Below the pieces are notes generated by a model. That model was not told the origin of the DNA, made no database searches, and saw nothing but the letters and a program-made list of their open reading frames with translations. A program made the translations under genes and the position numbers. Below are positions 38,866 through 49,008 of a DNA stretch of 64,000 bases, piece by piece. Source of the DNA: Candidatus Omnitrophota bacterium (lineage in GTDB: Bacteria > Omnitrophota > Gorgyraeia > Gorgyraeales > Gorgyraeaceae); contig JBDRCN010000035.1 of the NCBI GenBank assembly GCA_043821705.1, positions 43,321-107,320 of the forward strand. The letters run 5' to 3'. Within the stretch, counting starts at the first letter, position 1. The number at the start of each line of letters is the position of its first letter.

Positions 38866-38887
38866 GCATCTTTATATTTGCATTGCG

Positions 38888-39592
38888 TTACATAAGTTTA
38901 GAAAAGCTCGCCAGGCATTTCAATGGATCCTTCTCTCTCAGAAATGCCTCTATCTCTTTTCTTATGCGGCCTTTATTCACTTCACCTACATAACCCTTCA
39001 TGACAGCTTCTTTCATCAAACTTTTAGTCTTATCGTCTATCTTAAAATCAAATCTAGTGGCAAACCTTACAGCCCTAAAGATCCTGGTAGGATCATCTTT
39101 AAAACTATCTTTATGTAAGATCTTTATCTTTTTACCCATAAGATCATTATAACCATTGTAAAAATCTACTAAATTGCCAAATGTCTTTTTATTTAGTGCT
39201 ATTGCCATAGCATTTATTGTAAAATCCCTTCTATAAAGATCTTCTCTTATAGATGCAGGCTTTACTTTAGGATAAGAAGCTATCCTTTCATAGGATTCTT
39301 TTCTCGCAGTAGCAAGATCTATGCTTATTTTTTTTAAAGTAATAGTAGCTGTCTTAAAAGCAGGGTGTTTTTTTACGCTTCCCTTTAACTGAGAATTCAG
39401 TTTTTCAGCAAAAGAAATTGCATCACCCTCTATCACGAAATCCAGGTCATGGTTATCTCTTCCAAGAAATATATCTCTTACAGGCCCTCCTACCAGACAA
39501 ACATCTACACCAATAGAATCTCCTGATCTAGATACAGAATTTAAGATATTTAAAAAACTTTTTGAGACTTTTTTACGTAGATCAATCTTCAT
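38888..39592 (-). CDS. Class II tRNA nucleotidyltransferase (CCA/A-adding-like), short
   Basis: GGPVRD, DLD, RRDFTINAMA, DDPTRIFRAVRF; only 234 aa. Confidence 0.85.
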   Translation of the reverse strand: MKIDLRKKVSKSFLNILNSVSRSGDSIGVDVCLVGGPVRDIFLGRDNHDLDFVIEGDAISFAEKLNSQLKGSVKKHPAFKTATITLKKISIDLATARKESYERIASYPKVKPASIREDLYRRDFTINAMAIALNKKTFGNLVDFYNGYNDLMGKKIKILHKDSFKDDPTRIFRAVRFATRFDFKIDDKTKSLMKEAVMKGYVGEVNKGRIRKEIEAFLREKDPLKCLASFSKLM

Positions 39593-40712
39593 TTTCTAAT
39601 ATGAAATCAGCTATCCTTTTCGATGCATCCTTATATGAAAAATGTTCCATCCTGGATCTTATGTGCTGCATCTTTTTAGGAGAGACCAACAGCTCCTTTA
39701 AATAAGTTACTATATCTTTTGGGTGTTCTATCTTTACTGCTACCCCATGCTTAGCAAGTAATTTAGCATTCCTTGTCTCTTGGCCAAAGATAGGATTTAC
39801 TATGACCATGGGCAAATTCTTTGAAAGTGCCTCTGAAATAGTAAGGCCCCCTGATTTGCTTATCAAAAGATCGCTCACCTCCATCAACTCATCAATATTG
39901 TCCATAAAACCAAATACCTTTAAGTTGACATCTGTGGCCCCTTTCTTTTTATTTAGTTTCTCGTAAAGAACCTTATTTTTCCCACATATAACAAGCATCT
40001 GCAATTTATATTTTAGAATACCTTCTATCTTATCTAGGGAATCTATAATATCTTCCACTGGCCCTGCGCCAAACCCCCCTCCCATAATAAGTATATTGAA
40101 AAGATCTTTTTCTATCCCTATCTTTTCTATCAACTGGGTGCGATCTTTAGTAATACTGAATTTAGGGTCACAGGGTATGCCTAATACCTTGATCTTTTCT
40201 TTTTTTATACCGCGTCTTAATAGGTCATTTCTTGTCTCTTCCAGGCATACGATAAAACAGTCAGAATATCTCGCCATCCAAAAACTGTGAGAAATAAAAT
40301 CAGTGACCACTGTATAGAGTTTACCTTTATATCTCTTTTTCTTTTTTAAACGTGACACTACTTCAGCAGGCAAAAAATGAGTACAAAGTATGACATCAGG
40401 TTGTGTCTTATCTATAAGATCGATAAACTTTCTTGCAGTAATAGAATGAACTAACCCTCTTACAGGTGAAACTAATCTATCTACTATCTTTATCTCGAAA
40501 AAATAATATAACAAACCCCATAAAAAAGGTATTTTATTTATTAAAAATAGATAAATGTTAGGATATAAAAACTTAAAGACAGGATTTGTATAATCCAAAA
40601 CATCTACTGTCTTTACTTTAGCATCTTTAAAACCTAATAATGAACTTTCTACAGCTAAAGCTGCTTTTTTATGTCCTATCCCAGCATATGCATGAGCGAT
40701 CAATATATTCAT
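39582..40712 (-). CDS. MGDG synthase/UgtP-like glycosyltransferase (GT28)
   Basis: GIGHKKAA, THFLP, VVTDF, MGGGFG, KSGGLT, GQE. Confidence 0.9.
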   Translation of the reverse strand: MNILIAHAYAGIGHKKAALAVESSLLGFKDAKVKTVDVLDYTNPVFKFLYPNIYLFLINKIPFLWGLLYYFFEIKIVDRLVSPVRGLVHSITARKFIDLIDKTQPDVILCTHFLPAEVVSRLKKKKRYKGKLYTVVTDFISHSFWMARYSDCFIVCLEETRNDLLRRGIKKEKIKVLGIPCDPKFSITKDRTQLIEKIGIEKDLFNILIMGGGFGAGPVEDIIDSLDKIEGILKYKLQMLVICGKNKVLYEKLNKKKGATDVNLKVFGFMDNIDELMEVSDLLISKSGGLTISEALSKNLPMVIVNPIFGQETRNAKLLAKHGVAVKIEHPKDIVTYLKELLVSPKKMQHIRSRMEHFSYKDASKRIADFILENED

Positions 40713-40713
40713 A

Positions 40714-40881
40714 TTAAAATAATGTGTATATAAAAGGTGCTACTGCGCTAGACTGTGTAAAGAATATCAATAATCCGAATAGAAGCAGTACTACTACTAT
40801 GGGTATCATCCACCAAAGCTTCCTCTCCCAGAAAAATGTAAATAATTCCTTAATAATATTTAGTCTTTTCCCAATACCCAT
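40714..40881 (-). CDS. Small membrane protein, DUF5989-like (55 aa)
   Basis: Manual translation MGIGKRLNIIKELFTFFWERKLWWMIPIVVVLLLFGLLIFFTQSSAVAPFIYTLF; AAGGAGG RBS; below ORF-track cutoff. Confidence 0.85.
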   Translation of the reverse strand: MGIGKRLNIIKELFTFFWERKLWWMIPIVVVLLLFGLLIFFTQSSAVAPFIYTLF

Positions 40882-41405
40882 TCTACAGCCTCCTTAAGAT
40901 CGTTTTTTATAAGATCGGGCTTTGCTTCCCAATCATCAATGCTCTTTGGATCTTCCTTGCCAGTTAAGAGAAGTATGGTCTTGCAACCTGCGTTCTTGCC
41001 TGCTCCTATATCAAGCCTTGAATCTCCTATAAAATATGTATTTTTAAAGTCTATTTCCATACCCTCTGTTGCTTTTTCTATTAATCCTGTATTGGGTTTT
41101 CTACATGAACAATCTTCATCAGGAAGATGGACGCAATAATTCACTGATTCTATTTTGCCTCCATTTTTTTCTATCTCCTTTAACATGTTGTCTGTTATGT
41201 CTTCCAGATCATCGCTTGTATAAAGCCCCTTACTTACCCCTGCTTGATTCGATATTACAAATATGCTGTAGCCTGCTTTATTCAATCTTTTAATAGCCTC
41301 TATGGAACCAGGAAAAAACTCAAATTCCTTCCATGATTTTATATAATCTCCTTTTCCAGGATCTATATTTATCACTCCATCTCTATCCAGGAATATTGCT
41401 TTCAT
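40860..41405 (-). CDS. gmhB: D-glycero-D-manno-heptose 1,7-bisphosphate phosphatase
   Basis: FLDRDGVIN, SNQAG, CVH...CSCRKP, IGD. Confidence 0.93.
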   Translation of the reverse strand: MKAIFLDRDGVINIDPGKGDYIKSWKEFEFFPGSIEAIKRLNKAGYSIFVISNQAGVSKGLYTSDDLEDITDNMLKEIEKNGGKIESVNYCVHLPDEDCSCRKPNTGLIEKATEGMEIDFKNTYFIGDSRLDIGAGKNAGCKTILLLTGKEDPKSIDDWEAKPDLIKNDLKEAVEWVLGKD

Positions 41406-41413
41406 TCCTTCTC

Positions 41414-41522
41414 CTTTAATAAGCACATCACTTAGCGAATCAAGTAAAGCTAAGTGATAAGTGCGAATTAAATCCCGCCCTTTTTAACTGCTACTATAGC
41501 ATAGTTACTAAAAGGGCGGGAT
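41414..41522. repeat. Twin-hairpin repeat family 3, copy 2
   Basis: 109-bp homologue of 12735-12843. Confidence 0.9.
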
Positions 41523-41533
41523 AAAACAATAAC

Positions 41534-42301
41534 CTATAAGTTATGTCCTTGTTTTATCTCCCAATACTTAGCATAACTAAAAAATTGATACAGCGCTCCA
41601 TTTACTGCAATAATAAAACCTATCACGCCATCTTTATACCCTTTTTTCCTAACATATGCCCTGAAAAACCTGTCAAATGCCTTCCAAAGCATCTTTCCTA
41701 CCCCTATTTTTCTTTTCTCGTTAAACCATTTCTCCGCCTCAAGGCTCGTCTGTTTATTCAAGACATAAAAAAGATTGGAAAAATCTGAATGGCCAAAATG
41801 AACAATGTCCTTTGTAAGATGCCCGCATTTGCCGTCAAGAATTATCTTCGGGTGAACATTCGTTTCTTCATATCTAAACTTTGATTTTTTAAAAAGCCTC
41901 AGCTTACCTGCCGGATACCAGCCGCCGTATCTAACCCAGTAATCACCTATATAAGTCCTTCGGGGGATACTGTAGGCACTAAACTCAGTATCTCGTGATA
42001 TAGTATCCTTTATCTCCTTTTTTAACTCTTCTGTAACTATCTCATCCGCATCAAGGCTCAAGACCCATTCATTTTTTGCTTTCTGGCCCATCCAATTCCT
42101 ATGCACGCCTTCCACCTCCATCTTTCTCTTGAATATCTTATCCGTATATTCTCGTGCAACCTCGATCGTCCTGTCAGTACTGTAATCATCCACTATTATA
42201 TGCTCGTCTGCCCAGTCCTGTGTGCTTTTAAGGCAGCCCTCTATCCTGTGTTCTTCATTATACGCGATCGTAACTACTGATAACGGTAATTTCCCTTCCA
42301 T
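41534..42301 (-). CDS. GT2 glycosyltransferase (KdtX/WaaE-like)
   Basis: NEE, DDYSTD, LDADE, GYKDGVIG. Confidence 0.9.
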   Translation of the reverse strand: MEGKLPLSVVTIAYNEEHRIEGCLKSTQDWADEHIIVDDYSTDRTIEVAREYTDKIFKRKMEVEGVHRNWMGQKAKNEWVLSLDADEIVTEELKKEIKDTISRDTEFSAYSIPRRTYIGDYWVRYGGWYPAGKLRLFKKSKFRYEETNVHPKIILDGKCGHLTKDIVHFGHSDFSNLFYVLNKQTSLEAEKWFNEKRKIGVGKMLWKAFDRFFRAYVRKKGYKDGVIGFIIAVNGALYQFFSYAKYWEIKQGHNL

Positions 42302-42309
42302 AAAACCCC

Positions 42310-43098
42310 CTATATTTTTTTAACTACGGCTAAAAGCTGATCACCTAGTCCTAAAATATTTCCCAATTGTGCAATAGTAGCCATGGTATTTTTGTGAAAA
42401 GATTTTGAAAAAGGGTAATACTGGCTATTTTGGATTATCTCTTTAATTTTAAAACCATTATTAGATAATAAATTTCCAAAACTTCCCCTATCAAAATGCC
42501 ATACATGTTCTCCATTGCCCCATCCATACCATCTGGCCTTATATAGTCTTGCCACCAGGCTATTATGATTTGGCACTCCTATCACTACTATACCTTTTTC
42601 TGCAACAAAATCCTTTATATCTTCTATAAATCCATTCAACTCGACAATATGCTCTAGCACATGGTTCAATATAATAACATCAAAAGATTCTCCAGGGTTC
42701 AAGACATCTTTAAGCATGCCACTTTTTACAGTTAAGCCTTTTGATAAACATATCTCTGATGCTTTTTTATTGAGCTCTATACCTTCTGCTTTGAAACCCA
42801 GCCTTTTAGCCTCTTCAAGCAAAAGTCCAATACTACAGCCAACATCCAAAAGCCTGCCTTCTTTTTTGTGTTTAACTACTAAATTCATAATATCTTCGGA
42901 AAACATCTTAAATTTATCTTCATTTTTCAAATAATGTTCACAATAAAGGCCTTGATCAGTATAATCTGTAAGAAGATAAGGCCTGCTTCTAAATGTCTTA
43001 CAACTATTGCACATGACTATCTCTTTTTTCTGATCATGAAAATCAAGATATTTTTTATAGCTATGAGAACTACATATATTACATCTATCCTGATTCAT
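42310..43098 (-). CDS. Class I SAM-dependent methyltransferase with N-terminal Cys motifs
   Basis: CNIC..CNSC, LDVGCSIG, HVLEH, VPN. Confidence 0.9.
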   Translation of the reverse strand: MNQDRCNICSSHSYKKYLDFHDQKKEIVMCNSCKTFRSRPYLLTDYTDQGLYCEHYLKNEDKFKMFSEDIMNLVVKHKKEGRLLDVGCSIGLLLEEAKRLGFKAEGIELNKKASEICLSKGLTVKSGMLKDVLNPGESFDVIILNHVLEHIVELNGFIEDIKDFVAEKGIVVIGVPNHNSLVARLYKARWYGWGNGEHVWHFDRGSFGNLLSNNGFKIKEIIQNSQYYPFSKSFHKNTMATIAQLGNILGLGDQLLAVVKKI

Positions 43099-43868
43099 AT
43101 TTTACCCTTATGATATCTTCCGTAATAGACTCCCCATATAGCAAAGTGCCTCCAGGCATTCAGTATTGAAAAAATAAATCCATGCATGCCATCCCTAAAG
43201 CCCTGTTTTCTTATATATAATTTAAAGAATAATTTCAATGGCCTAAAATAAAGATGGTATTTTATTTCTTTCAGGGTGATCTTGTCCCCTCTATCCTCAT
43301 GCATAACCCTTGCTTCAATGCCAGCGTAGTAAAGCTGCCTATCGATGAATTGTGCTATAGAATCAAATGCAAAATGGTCTAGATCTCCTTTTAAGTCCCC
43401 TATGGAACCATTCACACCCAATGTCTCATGCACATTATGCCCCACATAGCGTGCTTTATCTTTTCTAAATAAGCGTACATGTCTTTCGTGCCAGCCACCG
43501 TACTTCATGAACTTTTTTAAAAAATAATTTTTTCTTCCTATTCTATAAGCTGAGAAATGATTGCTATCTTTCAAAGAGCTCTTTATCTCGTTCCTTAATT
43601 CAGGCGTCACTCTCTCATCTGCATCAAGCTGCAATACCCATTCGCTATTTGAATTATCTATACCGACATTCCGCTGCATATCATGGTTACCATTTGAAGC
43701 GTGAGCTACAAGATTTGCTTTAAATCTGCGGCAGATCTGATGAGTATTATCTACACTCATATCATCCACCACTACTATCTCATCACACCATTTAACGCTC
43801 TCAAGGCACGGCGCGATACGCTTTTCTTCATTCTTTGCTATTATAACTGCTGTTATCTTATGTTTCAT
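43095..43868 (-). CDS. GT2 glycosyltransferase (KdtX/WaaE-like paralog)
   Basis: NEE, DDMSVD, LDADER, VHE, GFRDGMHG. Confidence 0.9.
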   Translation of the reverse strand: MKHKITAVIIAKNEEKRIAPCLESVKWCDEIVVVDDMSVDNTHQICRRFKANLVAHASNGNHDMQRNVGIDNSNSEWVLQLDADERVTPELRNEIKSSLKDSNHFSAYRIGRKNYFLKKFMKYGGWHERHVRLFRKDKARYVGHNVHETLGVNGSIGDLKGDLDHFAFDSIAQFIDRQLYYAGIEARVMHEDRGDKITLKEIKYHLYFRPLKLFFKLYIRKQGFRDGMHGFIFSILNAWRHFAIWGVYYGRYHKGKI

Positions 43869-43869
43869 A

Positions 43870-44562
43870 CTATATATCCTTAGGGTCTATCTTTAGGCCA
43901 AATCTATAATTAAATATACATTTTAGATAAGCTATCCCGCTTCGAAGTTTTTGTAGTTTTACTTCTCCTATTCTTATCTTGTAAGGTATATCTATTTCTT
44001 TATGTTTAAATTTTCCTAGATTAGTCCTGACAATTATCTCGCAAGGCAAAGAATAATTAGTCTCCCAGTTTATAGATTCTTTTAAGTTCTTTCTTATACA
44101 AAACATCCCTGTTGAAACATCATGTACGTTTATTCCATATAACAACCTCACTAAAAATGCAAATCCCATATTTGCCAATCTATTCATAAAAGGCATCTCT
44201 TTCTTAAGCTCTTTGTTTAACCTATTGCAAGATACTAGATCATATTCCCCAGAAAGTTCTACAAGCTTTGGGATAAAACTCATAGGATAAGTGTTGTCGC
44301 AGTCTGCTGTTATTATAATATCATTTTTCGCTTCTTTTATAGCAGTCCTGAGTGCAATGCCATGGCCTTGAGGTTTTTGGGCCAATACCTTGACTCCCAT
44401 ACGTTTAGCGATATCTACAGTAGAATCAGAACTAGAATCAACTATAACTATCTCTGTCTCATATCCTTTTGTGTATGTTCTGATATCCTCTATAACCTTA
44501 CCAATAGCCTTTTCCTCATTAAATGTCGGCATAACCACAGATACCTTGATATTTTTATCCAT
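43870..44562 (-). CDS. GT2 polyprenol-phosphate glycosyltransferase-like
   Basis: MPTFNEE, DSSSD, GHGIA, ADCDNTY, RIGEVKL. Confidence 0.85.
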   Translation of the reverse strand: MDKNIKVSVVMPTFNEEKAIGKVIEDIRTYTKGYETEIVIVDSSSDSTVDIAKRMGVKVLAQKPQGHGIALRTAIKEAKNDIIITADCDNTYPMSFIPKLVELSGEYDLVSCNRLNKELKKEMPFMNRLANMGFAFLVRLLYGINVHDVSTGMFCIRKNLKESINWETNYSLPCEIIVRTNLGKFKHKEIDIPYKIRIGEVKLQKLRSGIAYLKCIFNYRFGLKIDPKDI

Positions 44563-45850
44563 TATCTTCTCCATTAAGTTTTCTAGCTAGATCATAGCTA
44601 TGTTCGATTATCTTATCCATATTAAGATATTCAAATTCTGCGAACCTACCGCAGGAATATATCCCCATATTTAATACGTAGTCCAGGGCTTTGTCAATAT
44701 TATTCCTATGACCTAAGTCGTATATGACATAGGCGTATCTAAAGCTCTTGATATCTACAGAAGTAATATCATTTCTTGAGACAAGGCCATTCTTTTCCAG
44801 ATCAGTTATGACCTTTTCTCTTATCTCCTTTTTACTTAAGCTCGCCAAAGGACTATCCTGCCTGTAAGTTATCTCTATCAAAAGGGTAGAAACATTATCT
44901 TCTCCGCAATAATTTTCCCCCAAGAAATTAAGCTTACTTAAACGATGGAATATCATATTCTTATCAGCAAATGTAACTGCAAAATTATCCCCAATATTGT
45001 CCTTCTTGGCCTGAAGCGCTACTATGTATATTGAATTATACTTAAGATCCCCCAGGCTGGCCATAACATCTTTTGGTGCATCTAAAAATCTAAAAAGCTC
45101 ATGGATAGGCATGCAATTTATCAAGGCATCTCCCTTAAAACTACCCTTATCTGTTTCCACCACCCACTTGTCTTTCTTTTTAGATATACTGGTTATCTTG
45201 GTAGAAGTCATAACCTTAGCTTTATCCTTTATACGTTCTCTGTATCCTGAGATCAAACTTTGTATCCCGTTGGACTTCGGATAATAAAAATATAATTGAT
45301 GAAGATATCCCTCTGTCTGTATACCTTTTGAGGACTTTATAATATCTTCTTTGGGAGGTTTTGGTATCCTCTCTACCATCTGCATGTCCATAAAACTGGG
45401 GTCAAACTTCCATATCTTTTCATTATATGGCTCTAGGTATAATCTAGTAATGCCTTCCCCAAATGTCTTTAAAAAAAACTGAAGCATATTCTGTGGCGTG
45501 GAATTCTCATGAGGATTATTCAAAAATTCCTTAACACAATAATCCCTGTCAGTATCATCTAATGCTGCTAGATCATTTTCAAAAGGATACTTTACAAATC
45601 TATCTTTATGAAAGATCTTATTTGACCTCTTTATCTTATTTGTCTCTGTCAATAAAGTAAGTTCATTAAGCATATCTTTATTTTTTGAGAATAATATATG
45701 CGGCCCAATATCATAATAGATGCCATTTAACTCAAAACTTCTACACAACCCTCCTAAGACATTTTCTTTTTCTAGCACAAGGGTCCTTTTATTTAAAAAA
45801 TGCGCTAGGCTGAGTCCTGCCAGCCCTCCACCTAAGATTATATATTCCAT
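44555..45850 (-). CDS. FAD-dependent oxidoreductase (UDP-galactopyranose mutase/PPO-like)
   Basis: GGGLAGL, GGLCRS, GPHILF, GRFAEFEYLNMD. Confidence 0.8.
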   Translation of the reverse strand: MEYIILGGGLAGLSLAHFLNKRTLVLEKENVLGGLCRSFELNGIYYDIGPHILFSKNKDMLNELTLLTETNKIKRSNKIFHKDRFVKYPFENDLAALDDTDRDYCVKEFLNNPHENSTPQNMLQFFLKTFGEGITRLYLEPYNEKIWKFDPSFMDMQMVERIPKPPKEDIIKSSKGIQTEGYLHQLYFYYPKSNGIQSLISGYRERIKDKAKVMTSTKITSISKKKDKWVVETDKGSFKGDALINCMPIHELFRFLDAPKDVMASLGDLKYNSIYIVALQAKKDNIGDNFAVTFADKNMIFHRLSKLNFLGENYCGEDNVSTLLIEITYRQDSPLASLSKKEIREKVITDLEKNGLVSRNDITSVDIKSFRYAYVIYDLGHRNNIDKALDYVLNMGIYSCGRFAEFEYLNMDKIIEHSYDLARKLNGEDNG

Positions 45851-45864
45851 AAAGTATCTCTCTC

Positions 45865-47253
45865 TTAAAATCTTCTTATGTATAGATCCCTATACTCAGC
45901 TGATCTTATATAATTATCGCGAATGACCTTGTTCTCTATATCTTCAATATAGTAATCAGAAATGATCTTTGGCTTTTTAAGGCCTATCAGGCTATAGATA
46001 TCATAACTATATGGTGTGATCTTACGATATGCTGAAAGCGCTCCTGTGTTCGGCCTAAGTGCATACCAAAAGAAATCCAGATCTTTTCTAAATAGGTTAA
46101 ATCTGGCATCTCCGTCATATACAAAATCTTTTGGATCTGTATTCTCCAGAACATAGCTAACCTTTTTCAGTTGGTCTTTATTAGTAAGTTTAAAAGCATA
46201 TTTGATAGTCCTACTTAAACACGTAACCAATAGAAGTATCAATATGAAACACATGATCTTCCTCTTGTTGCCAAAAAACCTGTTTATGGATAAGCTCGAT
46301 ATAATCGCTATAAAAGGCATGGCCATCATATAATATTGCTGAAAAGAACTTTTTGTCAAAAGAAGGGTCAAAAGCAAACCTATAGAGAACAATCCTATAC
46401 TCTTATGTTTATAGTTTCTCAAATGGAACGCCATGCCTGTTATATAAAACATCCAAAGGATCGTATTTTTCCTAAGACTTCTCACTAGTTCTGCAAAAGG
46501 AGTAAAATCACTCAAGCCCTTTATATGTGCATTAAATATCCAGTTGAATATCATGTATTCACTTACTGAGCCTTTTATGATCAGGTATACCAGATAAGGA
46601 CATAGTCCACAGAAAAATATAAAAAGATATAAGATGCATTCTTTTAGGCCTATTTCTTTCTTGAACAGCTTAAAGATAAACAAGCAACCCAGTACCATAA
46701 TAAAAAATACTGCTCTTTGTAGAAATAAAAACGATACTGACAAGGCTAAGGCGCTAAAGATCAAAAAAGAGACCTTGTTTTTATCAAAATAATAGTATAA
46801 AAATAAAACTGACAACATGCTAAACAATACCTGAGGCACATCTGGCCTTATCTCTATAGCCTTTCCAGTAAATATAATAGTGGTTAAAAGAAGTGCCGTG
46901 CTTATAAGCGCTATATCCCTGTCCGCTACTTTCTTAGCCAATAAATAGGAAATAAAAACAATAGATAAAAAAAGTATGAATATAAAAATTCTTGCACAAT
47001 ATAAAACAATCAGCCTTTCCCCGAAAAAAGTGATAAAAGGAACAAGGCAATAATATAAAAGTGGATTGTGGTGTTGAAAGAAATCTTTATAGATCACCTC
47101 CCCCTTGGATATCTTCCAGGAACTATGTATGACCTCAAATTCATCATAGTCAAACTGCCTGTTCAAAGAAGTAATAAATAAAAGGGGAAGCATCACCCCT
47201 ATTATGAGGTAAGTAATAATATTTGTATCTAGCACATTGAACTGTCTTTTCAT
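45865..47253 (-). CDS. ArnT/PMT-like (GT-C) membrane glycosyltransferase
   Basis: DE in first loop, DFFQHHNPL, EIRPD, many TM segments. Confidence 0.75.
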   Translation of the reverse strand: MKRQFNVLDTNIITYLIIGVMLPLLFITSLNRQFDYDEFEVIHSSWKISKGEVIYKDFFQHHNPLLYYCLVPFITFFGERLIVLYCARIFIFILFLSIVFISYLLAKKVADRDIALISTALLLTTIIFTGKAIEIRPDVPQVLFSMLSVLFLYYYFDKNKVSFLIFSALALSVSFLFLQRAVFFIMVLGCLFIFKLFKKEIGLKECILYLFIFFCGLCPYLVYLIIKGSVSEYMIFNWIFNAHIKGLSDFTPFAELVRSLRKNTILWMFYITGMAFHLRNYKHKSIGLFSIGLLLTLLLTKSSFQQYYMMAMPFIAIISSLSINRFFGNKRKIMCFILILLLVTCLSRTIKYAFKLTNKDQLKKVSYVLENTDPKDFVYDGDARFNLFRKDLDFFWYALRPNTGALSAYRKITPYSYDIYSLIGLKKPKIISDYYIEDIENKVIRDNYIRSAEYRDLYIRRF

Positions 47254-47254
47254 A

Positions 47255-49003
47255 TTAATCCAGGAACCCATAAAACTTGTCAGTCTTGCCTTCTGCTATA
47301 TCGATCATATTTTGTACGCGATGAGCTGTCGTGTGTTTTTCCTCTGCTAAGCATTGAGCATTTTTCCCTATCTCTTCTCTTTCTTTATCATGCTTAAGAT
47401 AATAATCTATTAAGTCGAACATCTCTAATTCACTTTCAAACCAAAGTATATGTTCTTTATTTCTAGCAAATCTTTCTATACCAGAGAACCTCTTAGTAAG
47501 GTAGACTGAACCACATCCCATAGCAATAAAGAATCTATTGGAAGTGTAATACAGGTAAGGAAAATCACTTACCCCAAAGACAAACTTGGACCGAGTATAA
47601 AATTCTACAACATTGCTTCTTACATTATTCCTTATAGAGACCTTATATCTCTCTTTTAGTTTTTCTAGTAAGACCCTACGTGTAGAATGGACAGACGCCT
47701 TACTTAAGGCTCCTGTAAAAGCAACATCATGCTCCTGGGGGACATCCATGCGATGAAATACATATGGCATGTAAGACTGTGCCATAAAATATACCCTATC
47801 AAGCTTAAAGATCTTCTTATATTCTTCTATAAGTCCTGCATTACTAAGGAACATGACATCGACCACCCCTCTCAAGTCAACATCACTAGGCAAAGTAGGA
47901 TCAGTAAACCAAAACAATACCTTTGTACCAGCCTCTCTTAGTTCTTTTTTTATATCAAAGAGTACGGGCAATACCTCTTTTAATCTTGTTACTATATATT
48001 TTGGCTTATAAGAAAGGATGGCGTCCTGAATGACCTTATGGTTTATGTTTCTCATACCGTCTATAGAAAAGCAATCATAGCCTAATTTTTCAAAAGCAAG
48101 CGGAAGCCCATCCTCATCAAAGCCAAGATGAGTATTCCTAAACATAAGATAATGTTCTATACAGCAGACCCTCTTTTTGACTTCAGTCTTGGTAGCTAAC
48201 TTGGATATTTTTATATGCTTTGTAAGGGTTGCTTTTATCAATCCATCCTTTGTCTCAAGTTTCTCAAGTGAAAATCCTATCCCGCGCAATATATGTACTA
48301 GATTAGATTTATCAAAGAAATTTAAAAGCCTTCCATCCTCTTCTAGCGTTTCTATCTTTACAAATATATCCACGATAGTATTTTCATTGATACTATCAAA
48401 AAGTTCTTGAAGGAACTTTAACATGTCCACTGGATTCAAACATTCCAATATGTTCTTTATAACAATATTGGATTCTTTTTTGGATCTTTCTAATATCCCG
48501 CTTACATCTACGCTGCTTTTAACATCTTTTGGAGAGCATAAAAAATGTGCAATAGGTAAAAGACCTTTTGAATCCTTGCAGATAAACTCGAATCCCGCCT
48601 TTTTCAACATACCCAATACTTTTCTATCCCTATCCATATTAAAATTATCTAATGTCAGAACAGAATTCAGTACCATGACTCTTGTCCATTCTCTAAAGAC
48701 ATTTTCTAAGTCATACTTTTTAGTATTAATAGCCTCGAGATCAGATATAATGAACTTCACATTATTTTTACCAAAAGGAAGCCTGTCCATTCTAGCTACA
48801 AAGACCCTGCCTTTTGTCCTAGTGTCCTCGATATTCACATAACCATAGTAAGCATCCCCTCTACAGTTCAGGTTGAGCCTGTAGAACCTGGAATCATCGA
48901 ATAGAAGTGCACCTTTCTTCTTCTCTATCATAAAAGGAGTGATCTTATAGCGGATGGTGTTTAAAAGAGTTGAGTTGTTGTAAAAGCTTTTTAGCATCTT
49001 CAT
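47255..49003 (-). CDS. CgeB-like glycosyltransferase with an uncharacterised N-terminal half
   Basis: C-terminal WFTDP, DVAFTG, SNRFF..MGCG, EREEIGKNA, HT. Confidence 0.7.
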   Translation of the reverse strand: MKMLKSFYNNSTLLNTIRYKITPFMIEKKKGALLFDDSRFYRLNLNCRGDAYYGYVNIEDTRTKGRVFVARMDRLPFGKNNVKFIISDLEAINTKKYDLENVFREWTRVMVLNSVLTLDNFNMDRDRKVLGMLKKAGFEFICKDSKGLLPIAHFLCSPKDVKSSVDVSGILERSKKESNIVIKNILECLNPVDMLKFLQELFDSINENTIVDIFVKIETLEEDGRLLNFFDKSNLVHILRGIGFSLEKLETKDGLIKATLTKHIKISKLATKTEVKKRVCCIEHYLMFRNTHLGFDEDGLPLAFEKLGYDCFSIDGMRNINHKVIQDAILSYKPKYIVTRLKEVLPVLFDIKKELREAGTKVLFWFTDPTLPSDVDLRGVVDVMFLSNAGLIEEYKKIFKLDRVYFMAQSYMPYVFHRMDVPQEHDVAFTGALSKASVHSTRRVLLEKLKERYKVSIRNNVRSNVVEFYTRSKFVFGVSDFPYLYYTSNRFFIAMGCGSVYLTKRFSGIERFARNKEHILWFESELEMFDLIDYYLKHDKEREEIGKNAQCLAEEKHTTAHRVQNMIDIAEGKTDKFYGFLD

Positions 49004-49008
49004 CTACG

